Below are positions 41,266-53,834 of a DNA stretch of 64,000 nucleotides, piece by piece. Position numbers and translations under genes: made by a program. The stretch lies in the NCBI GenBank assembly GCA_963771465.1, contig CAVYTU010000014.1, forward strand, positions 928,001-992,000. The letters are read 5' to 3'. The stretch comes from an uncultured delta proteobacterium (GTDB lineage: Bacteria > Desulfobacterota > Binatia > UBA9968). Under the pieces are notes generated by a model. It saw only the letters and a program-made list of their open reading frames with translations, made no database searches and had not been told where the DNA came from. The stretch's first letter is position 1; each line of letters starts with the position of its first letter.

Positions 41266-41575
41266 AATCGAATTTACCTTTCATCCGTTTCGCCCAAAGA
41301 CTGCTGTATCCGGTGCGCCGACTTGAATTCGGTTGGGGCGAAAACATTAGATTCAGGTCAAGTTTAAATCTTGACGTTTCTGTTTTGGGTTTTGCTCTCA
41401 ATAATCGCTTGAAAAGATCTGCTGGCAGTCTTGAAATGGAAATGGGCCAGCAGGATTTGGCTCTCCCCACGACGCGTTTTCTCGTTCCCAAAAGGCACCG
41501 CGAGATACTTCGGCTTCTCAGAGCGGAACACGGACCCTCAATGGGTCCAAAGTCATAAAGTGTGAGACATGCGGG

Positions 41576-43423
41576 CTAGCAAAGTTGTTCAGCCAGTTGG
41601 GCTATTGTGGGGGCATCGAAAAAAGTTTTTATCGGCAAATCTGCTCCGAAAACCTCCATCAGGGACGCAATGACCTGCGTTGCGCGCAAGGAGTCGCCCC
41701 CCAGTTCGAAAAAATTGTCATGAATTCCCATTTCATCGATACCCAATACGCCGGACCAGATTGCCGATAGCTCGATCTCCAGCGGCGTATGTGGTGATAC
41801 GAATGGGTTATCTAGCGCGGGTCGGTTTCGAGACGGAGGTGGCAAACGAAGCCGATCCGTTTTCCCGTTCGGAGTCTGTGGAAACGCATCCATGACAACA
41901 AACGATGACGGAATCATATAGTCAGGTAATGTTCGAGCGAGACTTTGACGAAGCTGCGTAATTGTCACAGCCGGATCGGTCGCTGGTACGAAATAGGCAA
42001 CCAGCAATTGCGCGCCAGCCCCGTCTTGCCGTCCAACCACGACCGCATCAGCGACCGCTTCAATGGCGCGAAGGGCGAGTTCAACTTCCCCAACGTCAAT
42101 TCGAAAACCACGGATCTTTACCAGGAAGTCCTTGCGACCAACGTGGACCAGGGGACCGTCCGCTCTCCTCAACCCGAGGTCGCCAGTTAGGTAAATTCGC
42201 GCGCTGGTGCCGGCGGGGTCAGGCAAGAATACGCGTTGAGTTCGTTCAGGATCGCGCCAGTAGCCCGGCGAGATATACCGGCTCTTGACCGCAAGCTCGC
42301 CGACTTCGCCGACGCCGAGTTCTCTAAGATCCTCGTCGAGCACGAGCACTTCTTTATCCTTAAGAGCATAACCTATCGGCAGTTTAGTGTCCGCTATGTG
42401 CGTGCCATGTGGGATTAGCGCCCAACAAACGGTCAAGCACTCGGTCGGTCCGAGGGAATGGGCTAAGACGCAATGACCCAGAAAGTGGCGATTAAAATAA
42501 TCAAGATCATCGCGCAGCATCGGCTCTCCGCCCACCGATAACACTCGAACCGATGGAAACTTCTGTTCGCTTTCCAACGTGGTCATAAAGTTGCGAAAGG
42601 TCGTTGGCACGGTGCGGATAATGGTAATCTTGTGTGTCAGCAGCAGGTTCGACAACTCACCAAAGCCGGAAGCTTTAATGTCATAGGGGTAGATGGACGC
42701 GCCGTTTAGGAGAGAGCTGAAAATCGCGCGCACTGAGTTCGCGAAACCAACCGAGGTATGCAGCAACCAACGATCTGCCGCACTAACACCCCATCCATTT
42801 GTAAGGTTGCGCGCGTCGACGAGCACATTGCGATGCGTGTGCATCACTCCCTTCGGCTGTCCGGTAGAACCCGAAGTGTAAAGCAGCACCGCTAGGCTGT
42901 CCGGTTTCGGCAAAGCCGCCAGATCGTGATCGGGAAGACTGACATCCGGATTCGTAAAATCGATAACATCGATAGAGCCGCCACAGAGCTCTCGTACCAG
43001 AGCGATGTTGTTTGGGTCAGCGACGATGAGTTTGGCACCGCAATCTCGCAGTATGTAATCTAAGCGATCTCGCGGATAGCTGGCATCCAGGGCGACATAG
43101 AATTTTCCGGCTTTTAACACCGCCATGATCGCCACTAAAACCGCCGCACCATGATCGAAAAACAAGGCGATCGGCTCCTCAGCGCTGCCGCGCCGCGCCA
43201 ATATCTCTCGAGCTAACCGGTTGGCGGTCCGATTTAGCGAGTCAAAAGTGTAGAGCTCCCGGCCTGACCTTATCGCGACACGACTGCCGCCCGCACGGAC
43301 CTGCTTCGCGAGGCGCTCCGGAATCGACTGTTCAATCTCGTCATCACCAAACGCGATGAAACCGCTCGCTGGCTGCACGGTGACGGGTGAAATCGCGTCC
43401 TGTTGTGTCTCTTCAGAGTTCAT
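41576..43423 (-). CDS. Stand-alone NRPS-like A-T didomain
   Basis: [26 protein letters not shown]; carrier motif FFELGGDSL. Confidence 0.9.
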   Translation of the reverse strand: MNSEETQQDAISPVTVQPASGFIAFGDDEIEQSIPERLAKQVRAGGSRVAIRSGRELYTFDSLNRTANRLAREILARRGSAEEPIALFFDHGAAVLVAIMAVLKAGKFYVALDASYPRDRLDYILRDCGAKLIVADPNNIALVRELCGGSIDVIDFTNPDVSLPDHDLAALPKPDSLAVLLYTSGSTGQPKGVMHTHRNVLVDARNLTNGWGVSAADRWLLHTSVGFANSVRAIFSSLLNGASIYPYDIKASGFGELSNLLLTHKITIIRTVPTTFRNFMTTLESEQKFPSVRVLSVGGEPMLRDDLDYFNRHFLGHCVLAHSLGPTECLTVCWALIPHGTHIADTKLPIGYALKDKEVLVLDEDLRELGVGEVGELAVKSRYISPGYWRDPERTQRVFLPDPAGTSARIYLTGDLGLRRADGPLVHVGRKDFLVKIRGFRIDVGEVELALRAIEAVADAVVVGRQDGAGAQLLVAYFVPATDPAVTITQLRQSLARTLPDYMIPSSFVVMDAFPQTPNGKTDRLRLPPPSRNRPALDNPFVSPHTPLEIELSAIWSGVLGIDEMGIHDNFFELGGDSLRATQVIASLMEVFGADLPIKTFFDAPTIAQLAEQLC

Positions 43424-43450
43424 GTCTTCTCCAGAAAATTGGCGATATTT

Positions 43451-46400
43451 TCAATTAACACCCGTTTGCAGTATTCGAGCAACCTCCGCCAATTCCTCGA
43501 TGGTCGGAAAATCGAACATATCTCGTAGTACTATTTTGCTCCCGAACGTCCTTTGCAGCCGCGAGACGACCTGCGTTGCTTTGAGCGAGTGGCCGCCCAA
43601 GTCGAAAAAATTGTCGTGCACGCCAATCCGCTCGAGGTTGAGCACTTCGCGCCAGACCTTAGCGATTGACTCTTCAAGCGAGTTGCGCGGAGGAACGAAC
43701 GTGTCATTGGCCTGTTCATGACCATACTGCGGCGCTGGCAATGCTCGGCGGTCGATCTTGCCATTGGTGGTGCGGGGCAGGAAATCTAAATGCACAAACG
43801 TCCGTGGGACCATGTAATCCGGGAGCTTCTTCCTAAGATGGTTTTTCAGATCGTCGTTCGCCGGAGTTAAGTGCTCGACCGGCAAGATGTAAGCAATTAA
43901 AAATTTATCCTCGGAGTCGTCTTTCTGAACCAGCACCACCGCTTCTTGAATTGCCGGATGCTGGCGTAGAACGGTTTCGATTTCTCCCAACTCAATTCGA
44001 TGGCCGCGGATTTTGACCTGATCGTCCATCCGACCCAGAAACTCGATATTGCCATCAGGCAAGTAGCGAGCCAGGTCTCCGGTCTTGTACAAGCGCTTGG
44101 CCGGTTCATCATCAAAAGAGTGGATGATGAACTTCTCTGCCGTAAGCTCGGGCTGGTTGAGATAGCCCCGCGACACTCCGTCGCCGCCGATGTAGATCTC
44201 TCCAACTGCCCCGATGGGAACAGGATTGCGATGAGCATCGAGTATATAGACCTGGCTATTCGGGATCGGCCGCCCAATCGTTTGTGGGCCATCAGCGCCC
44301 CGACACGTCCACGTTGAGTAAGTCGTGGATTCGCTGGGCCCGTACAAATCGTGAACTTTGTGCACCGATGTTGACTCATAAAGTCGCTTAACTAACTCGA
44401 TCGACAATGACTCCCCAGCAAGATTAATCACGCGCACGGAAGGTAGGATTGCATCTAGTCGCAGCAGTTCATCAATCGCTGATGGCACGGTATTGACGAG
44501 GGTCACCTTGGATCTATTTGGGATTGCGGTCAGAGCAAGCGTATTTTCTGCCACAATGATCGTGCCGCCGCAGGTCAAGGGAGCAAATATCTCGAAGGCC
44601 GAGAGGTCAAAACAGATTGACGTGGAGGCTAAAACCCCGGATAGCTCTTCTTTACTGAAACTAGAATGCGCCCAGGACAAGAATGCCACTGCGTTGCGGT
44701 GTTCAATGGCAACTCCATGGGGTTGGCCCGTAGAGCCTGAGGTGTAAATGACATAGGCGAGACTCTCTGCGGTCATGCGGGCCGTAGGATTCTCGTCGCT
44801 CTCTTTTGAAACCACTGCCCAGTCGGTGTCCAGATAAATTACCCGAGCAGTATCTTGGGAGAGAACCTCAAACAGTCCCTTCTGGGTTAAAAGGACACCC
44901 ACCTTAGAGTCTTGCAGCATAAACTCCAGCCGTTCTTTTGGATAACTCGGATCGAGCGGCACATAAGCGCCGCCCGCCTTGAGGATCCCGAGCAGTCCAA
45001 TGATCATCTCCAATGACCGCTCCACACAGATCCCCACAAGCGTCTCGGGACCTACTCCAAATTTCCATAAGTAATGCGCCAGCTGATTCGCCCGCTGATT
45101 CAGTTCGCGATAGGTAAGCTGCTGATTTTCGAAAAGGACGGCGACGGCATCCGGAGTCCTCTCGGCCTGATTCCCAAATAACTCATGGACGCATTTGTCC
45201 CTCGGATACTCTGTCTTCGTGTCGTTCCATTCCACCAAAAGCTGGTGCTTCTCCGCTTCGGTGAGAACTGGCAAATCCGAAATCCGTCGATCGGGATCTG
45301 TGACGATCCCTTCAAGCAAAACCTGAAAATGACTAAGCATCCGAGCGACCGTAGCGGCCTCGAAAAGATCGGTAGCGTACTCCAGGGTTCCCGCCAGCCC
45401 ACGTTCGCTTTCCCACAACGATAGAAGTAGATCGAACTTGGAGGTCTCGCTGTTGACAGAAACCGACCGTGCCGAAAGCCCTTTCAGCTCAAAATTTTCT
45501 CGCGGGTCATTCTGCAGTACGAACATCACTTGAAACAGAGGCGAAATATTGAGATCGCGTCGCGGGCTCAATTCCTCCACCAGTTTTTCAAACGGCACAT
45601 CTTGATGCGCATAGGCTTCCAGAGCAACATCGCGCATCCGGCGCAAGAACTCTCGAAACGTGGGATTGTTTGAAAGATCTCCACGCAGCACCAAAGTATT
45701 GACGAAAAACCCTATCAGTCCCTCTAGCTCGCGGGTGGACCGCCCTGCGGTGGGCGAGCCGACGGCAATATCCTCCTGCCCACTATAGCGACTAAGCAAT
45801 AGTTGAAATGCAGCCAACAGAGTAATGTACAGCGTGGCGTTCTCATCACGGCTCAAAGCGCATAGCTTCTTTGTTAATGCGGCATCTAATGTGACGCGCT
45901 CTCTCGCGCCCCGGTAACGCTGTACCGTAGGTCGCCGCCGATCCTTGGGTAATTGCAACACTGTCACATTCTCCAGTTGTCTGCGCCAATATGCGAGCTG
46001 TGATTCGAGAACATCGCCTTGCAGCCAGCCGCGCTGCCAAACCGCATAATCGGCATATTGGATCGGGAGGTCGTCCAATGGAGATGGATTGCCGCGCGCA
46101 AAAGCCCCGTAGAGTCGTGAGAGTTCTCGAAACAGCACTCCCGTAGACCAGCCGTCTGAGACGATGTGATGCATGGTGAGCAGCAGAACATGATCATCAT
46201 CCGAGAGCTTTAAGAGTTTCGCTCGGAGAAGTGGCCCTCGGGCAAGATCGAAGGGCTTTTGAATTTCTTCCTTAACCTGTAGCTCAACCGTTGATTCTCT
46301 TTCGTTGTCACTAAGCCCAGCTAGATTAATGAGGTCTAGGGACAGCGTCATGAACGGCTGTAATTGCTGAATGGGCTGCCCATCGACGATGACAAAGCTG

Positions 46401-49400
46401 GTTCGCAGCACTTCATGTCGCCGAACGATTTCATTGACGCTCCGCTGCAGCGCGGTAAAATCAAGAGGTCCACTCAGTCGCCACGCGGCGGGAACATTGT
46501 AAACCGAACTTTCCGGTTCAAGCTGATCGATAAACCACAACCGTTGCTGGGCGAAGGACAAGGGAAGATCGCCACCTCGGTTTGCCGGGCGGATCGGCGG
46601 GAGATGACGTGTCTGGCCAGATTGACGTTCTGCCGCAATAATCGTGGCCAATCCACGAATCGTCGGGCCTCGGAAAAGCCGCCGCAATGGCAACTCAACA
46701 TTAAGAGCCTCGCGAATCCGTGCTACGACCTGGGTGGCCATCAGGGAGTGGCCCCCCAGTTCGAAAAAGTTATCGTAGATGCCGACTTTGTCGAGCTTGA
46801 GAACCTCCGCCCAGATATTTGCCAGCAACTCCTCAGTGGGTGTGCGCGGTACGGAAAACCCTTCGTCCAGCTCAGGTCTACTTCGTTCCGGTGCCGGCAG
46901 CGCCTGTCGGTTCAGCTTTCCGCTGGCAGTGAGTGGTAGCGACTCCAAGAACATCCAAATCGAAGGGACCATGTACTCAGGCAGCTTCTGTCGCAGAAAG
47001 CTGCGCAGTTCATTCGTCGAAGGGATGCACCCGGGAATAGCCACAATATAGGCCACCAGCCGCTTGTCGCCTGGACTATCTTCTCGCGCGAGCACGACAC
47101 CCTCTCGTATCGCCGGATGTTGACCGAGCACGGCCTCGATCTCTCCCAACTCGATTCGATAACCACGAATCTTGACCTGTTCGTCCATTCGCCCGAGGAA
47201 CTCGATATTCCCGTCCGGCAAGTAGCGCGCCAAGTCGCCTGTCTTGTACAAACGTTTGCCGGTTCCACCATCGAAAGAGTGCGTGATGAACTTCTCTGCC
47301 GTAAGCTCAGGCTTATTAAGATATCCCCGCGCCACCCCGTCGCCGCCAATGTAAATCTCTCCGGCGACGCCAACAGGCACGGGATTGAGATGTCGATCCA
47401 ATAGATAGATCTCGGTGTTCGCGATCGGGCGCCCGATTGGCGGCAGATTGGACCAATCGGACGGCCTGCTTGCCAAGGGGAAAGATGTTACGACGTGGCT
47501 TTCAGTCGGACCATATTGGTTATGAAGACGACAGTTGGGTAATCGATTGAACAGCTCCATTATTGGCCGTGTTATTTGCAGCTGTTCCCCAGCCGCAATG
47601 ACCTCTCTAAGGCTTTCCACGGCCGCACAATCATCTAGCGCCCCTTCCGCCAGCTGCTGCAAAGCGACAAACGGCAAGAAAATTCTTTCTATCGATTTTT
47701 CTTTAAGCAGTCCTAACAGTTCCTTCGGGTCACGACGCTCAAGCTCGTCGATCATGACCAAAGTTCCACCGAAGCAAAGCGTAGAAAAAATCTCTTGGAA
47801 TGAAACATCGAAACTCAGGGGCGCAAACTGCAGAGTTCTTACACCCGCTTGACAGCCAAAGTTTTCCGCTTGCCATGACAAAAGATTGACGAGCGGGCGG
47901 TGTTCCATAAGAACGCCTTTTGGCACACCCGTGGATCCAGACGTAAACAGGACGTAGGCAGCGTTGGCGGGAGAAGACACGTTGTTCAACCCTTCCGGAC
48001 TTTCTTGGAGAAGAAGTTGATCAAGGATATCCAAGCAATAACACGCCGATGTTACTGGAATCCGAGAGACCAGGCTGTCTTGGGTTAGTACAGATGACGT
48101 TTCGGCCTGCTCCAATATCAAGCTTAACCGTTCGGGCGGGTAAGATGGATCCAACGGAAGGTATCCGCCGCCAGCTTTTAAGATCGCAAGTAAAGCCACA
48201 ATCATTTCGGGAGAGCGTTCGAAACATACACCTACCAATGATTCCGGTTTGACTCCTTTTATTCTCAAGTAGTGCGCCAACTGGTTGGAGCGGGTGTTCA
48301 ACTCTTGATAAGTCAACTGCTGATCTTCAAAGATGACCGCCACCGAATCGGGCGTTCGCTTTACCTGCTCCTCAAATAATTGGTGTAGACACTTCTCCTT
48401 GGGGTAATCTCTTTTCGTCTCGTTCCACTCCACCAAAAGCTTGTGATTCTCGGCGTCGGTGAGGATGGGTAGATCAGAAATACGCCGATCCGCATCTGCC
48501 ACTATCCCTTTCAGCAAAATCTGAAAGTGCCCAATCATCCTCGTAATGGTAGCGTCATGAAATAAATCCGTGTTGTACTGTAGCGCACCGCTCAGGCCGG
48601 GTGCTGTTTCGTGTATAGATAGAGTCAGATCAAACCTTGCCGTCTCCGTGTCAAGCCGTACAGGACTTACGCTCAAACTCTGAAATTCCAGTCCCGCGTT
48701 TGGAGCATTCTGCAGAACAAACATCACCTGAAACAACGGCGAGTAACTGGGACTACGTTCTCGGCTGAAGCTCTTCCACCAGTTTCTCAAACGGTAAATC
48801 CTGATGCTCATAGGCACCCAAGGCCGTCTTTCTCACCCGACCCAGCAGCTCCCGAAAGGACTGGGATTACCAGAAACATCCGTCCGTAGAACTAAGGTGT
48901 TGACGAAAAACCCGATCAATCCTTCAATTTCGGTGCCGGTTGCGATCTGCAATCGGAGAGCCCACCACAATGTCTTCCTGGCTGCGTATACCGATAAAGC
49001 AAGGTCTGAAACGCCGCTAAAAGAGTCATGAACAGCGTAACTCCTTCTTTGCGGCTCAGCGCTTTAAGTCCCTCGGTCAGTTCCTTGGTGAGCTCTAAAT
49101 ATTGTGCCTTCCCTCTGTAGACCCTGCACCGCCGGCCGGGGCCGATCGGTAGGAACATTGCTGACGCAGGAATCCCCGAAGCTGGATCTTCCAATAGGCG
49201 ATAACCGTCTTTCAAGGACCTTCCCTTGCAACCACTTCCGCTGCCATTTGGCAAAGTCCCCATACTGAATGAAAACTCCGAGAGCGGTGAGGGATGGCCA
49301 GCTGAAAAGGCCGCATAAAGGCCTGTGAGTTCGCTGGAGAGGATTCCCATCGACCAGCCATCCGAAACAATATGATGCATGCTCAGGATCAAAACATGCT

Positions 49401-49905
49401 CCGCCTCCCCTAACTGCAGGAGCGTAGGCCGAAAGAGTGGACCTTTAACCAGATCGAACGGTTTGCTTTGTTCATCCTTAACCAACCGTCGGGCTTCGGC
49501 CTCCCGCTCGTTCTCAGGGAAATGCTGGAGACTCCTCACGGGGAGGGCGAATGCTTTAGGCGAAGCAACGACTTGAACCGGTTGTCTATCTACAATTGCA
49601 AATGTAGTCCGCAGTGCTTCGTGACGTCGAAGGATTTCGTTAATGCTTCGTTCAAACGCAGCAAAGTTGAGCAGACCAGTCAGGCGTACGGCCGTGGTGA
49701 GATTGTAAGTTGAGCTGCCAGGCTCCCACTGGTCGAGGAACCATAGTCTCTGCTGAGCAAAAGAGAGTTGCAGAGGTTCTTTAGATTGCCGCCGCGGAAT
49801 TTCTTCGGCAGAAGCTTCTCCTAGTTCCTCCTCTTGGAAGAGCAAATCAAGCAACGCTTGCCTGTCTGCGCTAGGGTCGGACCTGTTGTCGGGAGAATGG
49901 CTCAT
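43451..49905 (-). CDS. NRPS C-A-T-C-A-T, frameshifted at about 48.8-49.3 kb
   Basis: ORFs 48916-49968 and 43451-48817 together give two HHIVSDGWS, two A domains and two GGHSL carriers. Confidence 0.9.
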
Positions 49906-49906
49906 A

Positions 49907-52900
49907 TTATGTGATCCGTTGTGAATATGCCGATCTCTTTTGGTCAAGCATTTTCGCCACCTGATCATCGGAAAGTTGATCTACCTTTAGAAACAGTTGT
50001 GCCCTCCGTTCGGCCCTTGCTCGCAGGTCCGAGTCTTGGTCCATCGTCATCACCCATCCAGCTATAGTAGGTCTTTCGAAAAGGGTGCGCAGAGGCGATT
50101 CGACTCGCAATGCTCGATTAATCCGCGATATGACCTGCATTGCCAGCAGGGAGTGTCCTCCTAACTCGAAGAAATTATCGTAAATGCCCACTCGCTCAAC
50201 TTTCAGAATATCGCCCCAGACATTTGCCAAGACTTTTTCGACCGCCGTCCGAGCAGCCACAAACGCATTCTCCAAGTCAGGCCTGGACTGATTGGGCGCG
50301 GGAAGCACCTGGCGGTCTACCTTGCCGTTCGGTGTTAGAGGCAGAGCGTCCAGGAACACAAACGCCGAGGGCACCATGTAATCGGGAAGCTTCTGCTTTA
50401 GAAAGTCGCGAAGCGCGTTTATCTCTACTTGGTTACCACCGGTCAAGACATAAGCCACTAACCGCTTGTCGCCGGGACTATCTTCTCGGGCGAGCACAAC
50501 TGTTTCTCGAACCGTGGGATGCTGACCAAGCACCGCCTCGATCTCTCGGAGCTCGATGCGATGACCGCGGATCTTCACCAGATCGTCAATTCGGCCGAAG
50601 AACTCGATATTGCCATCGGGCAAATAGCGCGCCAGATCCCCCGTACGATACAACCGTTCGTTGGAACACCCGGGGAAGGATTGTTCAATAAACTTTGCGT
50701 CAGTCTCCTGCGGCCGGTTGACATATCCTGCGGCTACACCAACTCCCCCAATATGAATCTCTCCGACGATACCAACCGGCACCGGCGCGCCATGTCGATC
50801 AAGAATGAACACCTGAGTTCCGGAAATCGGCCGGCCGATGGGAATGGTCCGGTCCCCTCTGCGGACGCCTTTCACGGGATAGAACGTTGTAAACGTCGTC
50901 GCCTCGGCCGGACCGTAGACGTGAATCAACTTTTCTGGCGCGCCTGCCTCCATCACTGCCTGACACGCTCCGGATCGCAGGCTTCACCGCCGAACAGCAG
51001 TTGCCTGACCCCGCGAAATGCTTCCGGCATTGCAAGACTGACGGGGTTAAAGAGCGCAGTTGTCAGGAACAAACAGGTAATCCGCTGCCGGTCGAGCGCA
51101 GCGACGAAAGCTTCCGGGGTGAGCACTGTATCCTGTTCGATAATCGCCAGGCTGCCGCCATTGAGCAGCGCTCCCCAAATCTCGAATGTCGCCGCGTCAA
51201 AAGCGACGTTTGAAACCTGCCCGATAGTCTCCTCCGGTGACAGCACGACATAATTGGGTTTGCACACCAGCCGGATCACCCCACATTGGCGTACGGCAAC
51301 CCCCTTGGGTGTGCCGGTGGATCCGGATGTATAGATGACGTAGGCGAGGTTTTCGGCTGTCGCGCGGCAGGGAGGATCGGTGTGCGGAAGCGCTGAGATC
51401 ACTCTCCCAGTCGCTATCCAGACACACGATGCGTGCCGTCATAGGGCGGCAACTGCCCGAGCAGCGCCTGCTGGGTGAGCAGCACCGGGGCTTGCGTATC
51501 CGTCAGCATGAACGCCAGGCGCTCCTTCGGATAGCCCGGGTCGAGCGGCACATAAGCACCGCCGGCCTTGAGGATGCCCAGCAAGCCGACGATCAGCTCC
51601 AGCGAACGCTCCAGGCAGATGCCCACCAGCACTTCGGGCCCCACCCCCAGAGCGATCAGGTGGTGGGCCAGTTGGTTGGCGCGTGCGTTGAGCTCGGCGT
51701 AGGTGAGTTGCTTATCCTCGAACACCACCGCCACGCCTCGGGCGTGCGCGCGGCCTGTTCCTCGAAGAGCTGGTGGATGCAGCGATCTTCGGGATAGTCG
51801 GCTGCGGTATCGTTCCATTCCACCAGCAACTGGTTGCGTTCCAGCCTCAGTGAGCAGCGGCAGCTCACCGATGCGGCTGCTCCGGATCGGCCACGATGGC
51901 TTCGAGCAGACGCTTAAAGTGCCGCGCCATGCGCTTGATAGTGGCGGCATCGAACAGATCGCTCGCATACTCCCAGGTCGTCTCCAAACCTTGCGCCGAC
52001 TCACGCACCGACAAGGCCAGATCAAACTTGGCGCTGTAGCTTTCGAGCGGCAGGCTGCTTACTTTCAGACCCTCCATGCGCGAGCGCGGCGTCCGGGACG
52101 TTCTGCAGCACGAACAGCACCTGAAACAAGGGATTGCGGCTCATGTCGCGGTCTGGGGCGAGCTCCTCGACGAGCTTTTCGAACGGCACATCCTGATGAG
52201 TGTAGGCGCCAAGCGCTGTTTTTCGCACCCGAGCCAGCAGCTCGCGAAAGCTCGGATTGCCCGAGAGGTCGGTGCGCAGCACCAGGGTGTTGGCGAAGAA
52301 GCCGATCAGCCCCTCCAGCTCGGTGCGCCTGCGTCCGGCAATGGGCATGCCCACCGCAATGTCCTCCTGCCCGCTGTAGCGATAGAGCAGCACCTGAAAG
52401 GCCGCGACAAGCGTCATGAACAGCGTCGCGCCTTCGCGCCGGCTAAGCGCCTTGAGTGCCGCAGCCAACGGCGCAGGCAGATCCAACAATGAGATGCGCC
52501 CCGTGATGACTGGCTACCGACGGGCGTGGCCGGTCGGTGGGGAGTTCCAGCTTGCTAAGCCCCGCGAGCTGGGTTCTCCAGTAGCTCAGCTGGGTTTCCA
52601 GCACCTTCCCCTGCAGCCACTCGCGCTGCCACGCTCCATAATCAGCATACTGAACCGGCAACACCGGCAACCGCGGTTCCCGTCCCTGCACGAAGGCGCT
52701 GTAGACCGCGGAAAGCTCACGTTCGAAGATGCCGCAGGTCCAGCCGTCGGAAACGATATGATGAGCAACGCGCAAGAGCACGTGCTCTTGCTTACTCAGG
52801 TGCACCAGCAGCATGCGCCATGGGGGGCCGGATTCCAGGTCAAAAGGTTTCTGCATCTCGCTCAACAGCAGAGCTCGCAGCGCCTCATTCTGCTGACTCG

Positions 52901-53477
52901 ATGGAACCTCGCGAAGGTCAGCACGTTTGATTTCGACAGCAACGTCTTCGTTTATGATCGGCTCCGGCTCGTCATCGACCAGCGAGTAGCTTGTGCGGAG
53001 AATCTCATGGCGCCCGGCTATATAGCCTACGCTCTGATCGAGCACATCCACGTCGATTTCACCCGCCAGCCGGTAGGCACGACTTTGGTTATAGCTGGGG
53101 TCGTCCAGATACAGCTGTGCGAGAAACCACATCCGTCTCTGGGTATCCGAGAGGTGTGGGGCTTCGCCTTCTTGCCGGCGTGGAATCACTGTCGGACGCG
53201 TCGCGCTTTGTTTATCTGCGGCAGCACGTAAACGAATTTCAACTATCGCCCGCGCCATTCCGGCTACGGTCATCGCATCTTGCGGTAGCGATTCAATGTT
53301 GAGATCGACGCCAAACAGGGAGTTAACGCTCGCAATTAACGAATCCAAACCAGGACGATCACCACCGAGCAACAGAAAATCGTCGTTCCTGCCTATGTCG
53401 TTTACCCGGAGGATCCTCGACCACAACCTGGCTAGCGCCGCTTCCAAAGGTGAGGTGATCACGACAGAATCCTTCAC
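49907..53477 (-). CDS. NRPS T*-C-A-T with several frameshifts
   Basis: Consecutive ORFs 52443-53477, 52022-52489, 51865-52077, 51656-51868, 51414-52025, 50953-51402 and 49907-50956 give a carrier-like domain, [10 protein letters not shown]-domain motifs and GGHSL. Confidence 0.85.
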
Positions 53478-53834
53478 GCTGTCCTGGCAGGGGTATCCAC
53501 TGGCTTGTCCAATCCCAGTAACCTTGAGTTGCGTGCGATAGTTTCGAGGACCAGTGTGATTACCGTTTCCGTGTTGTCCCTCCTCGACGGTGGCGATGGC
53601 TGAATTCTGTATTTCAATTAACGGCGCGCATAGGAAAATTAAGCGACCCTTTTTCTCCGACGGGAGCTATATCGCCGCACCTGTGAGGAGTCAATCGCAC
53701 GACTGTTTGGTGAAATCGCTTTTTGCGTCCGGTTCGGGCGATGCAGAAAGCTTGGGGTCAAATTTTAGCTATGATATTCGAAAATGTAGGCACGTCTCGC
53801 CAACTGCGTGTGTCTGCGAAAACTCGATAGTTGC

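Noticed and set aside
2955-41380. Classical integron with attC sites
   Set aside because: No IntI gene, cargo is in both orientations, and I could not find consistent RYYYAAC...GTTRRRY palindromes.
44020-47340. Repeated DNA within the NRPS (about 44030-44160 vs 47200-47320)
   Set aside because: Explained by ordinary homology between A-domain core motifs.
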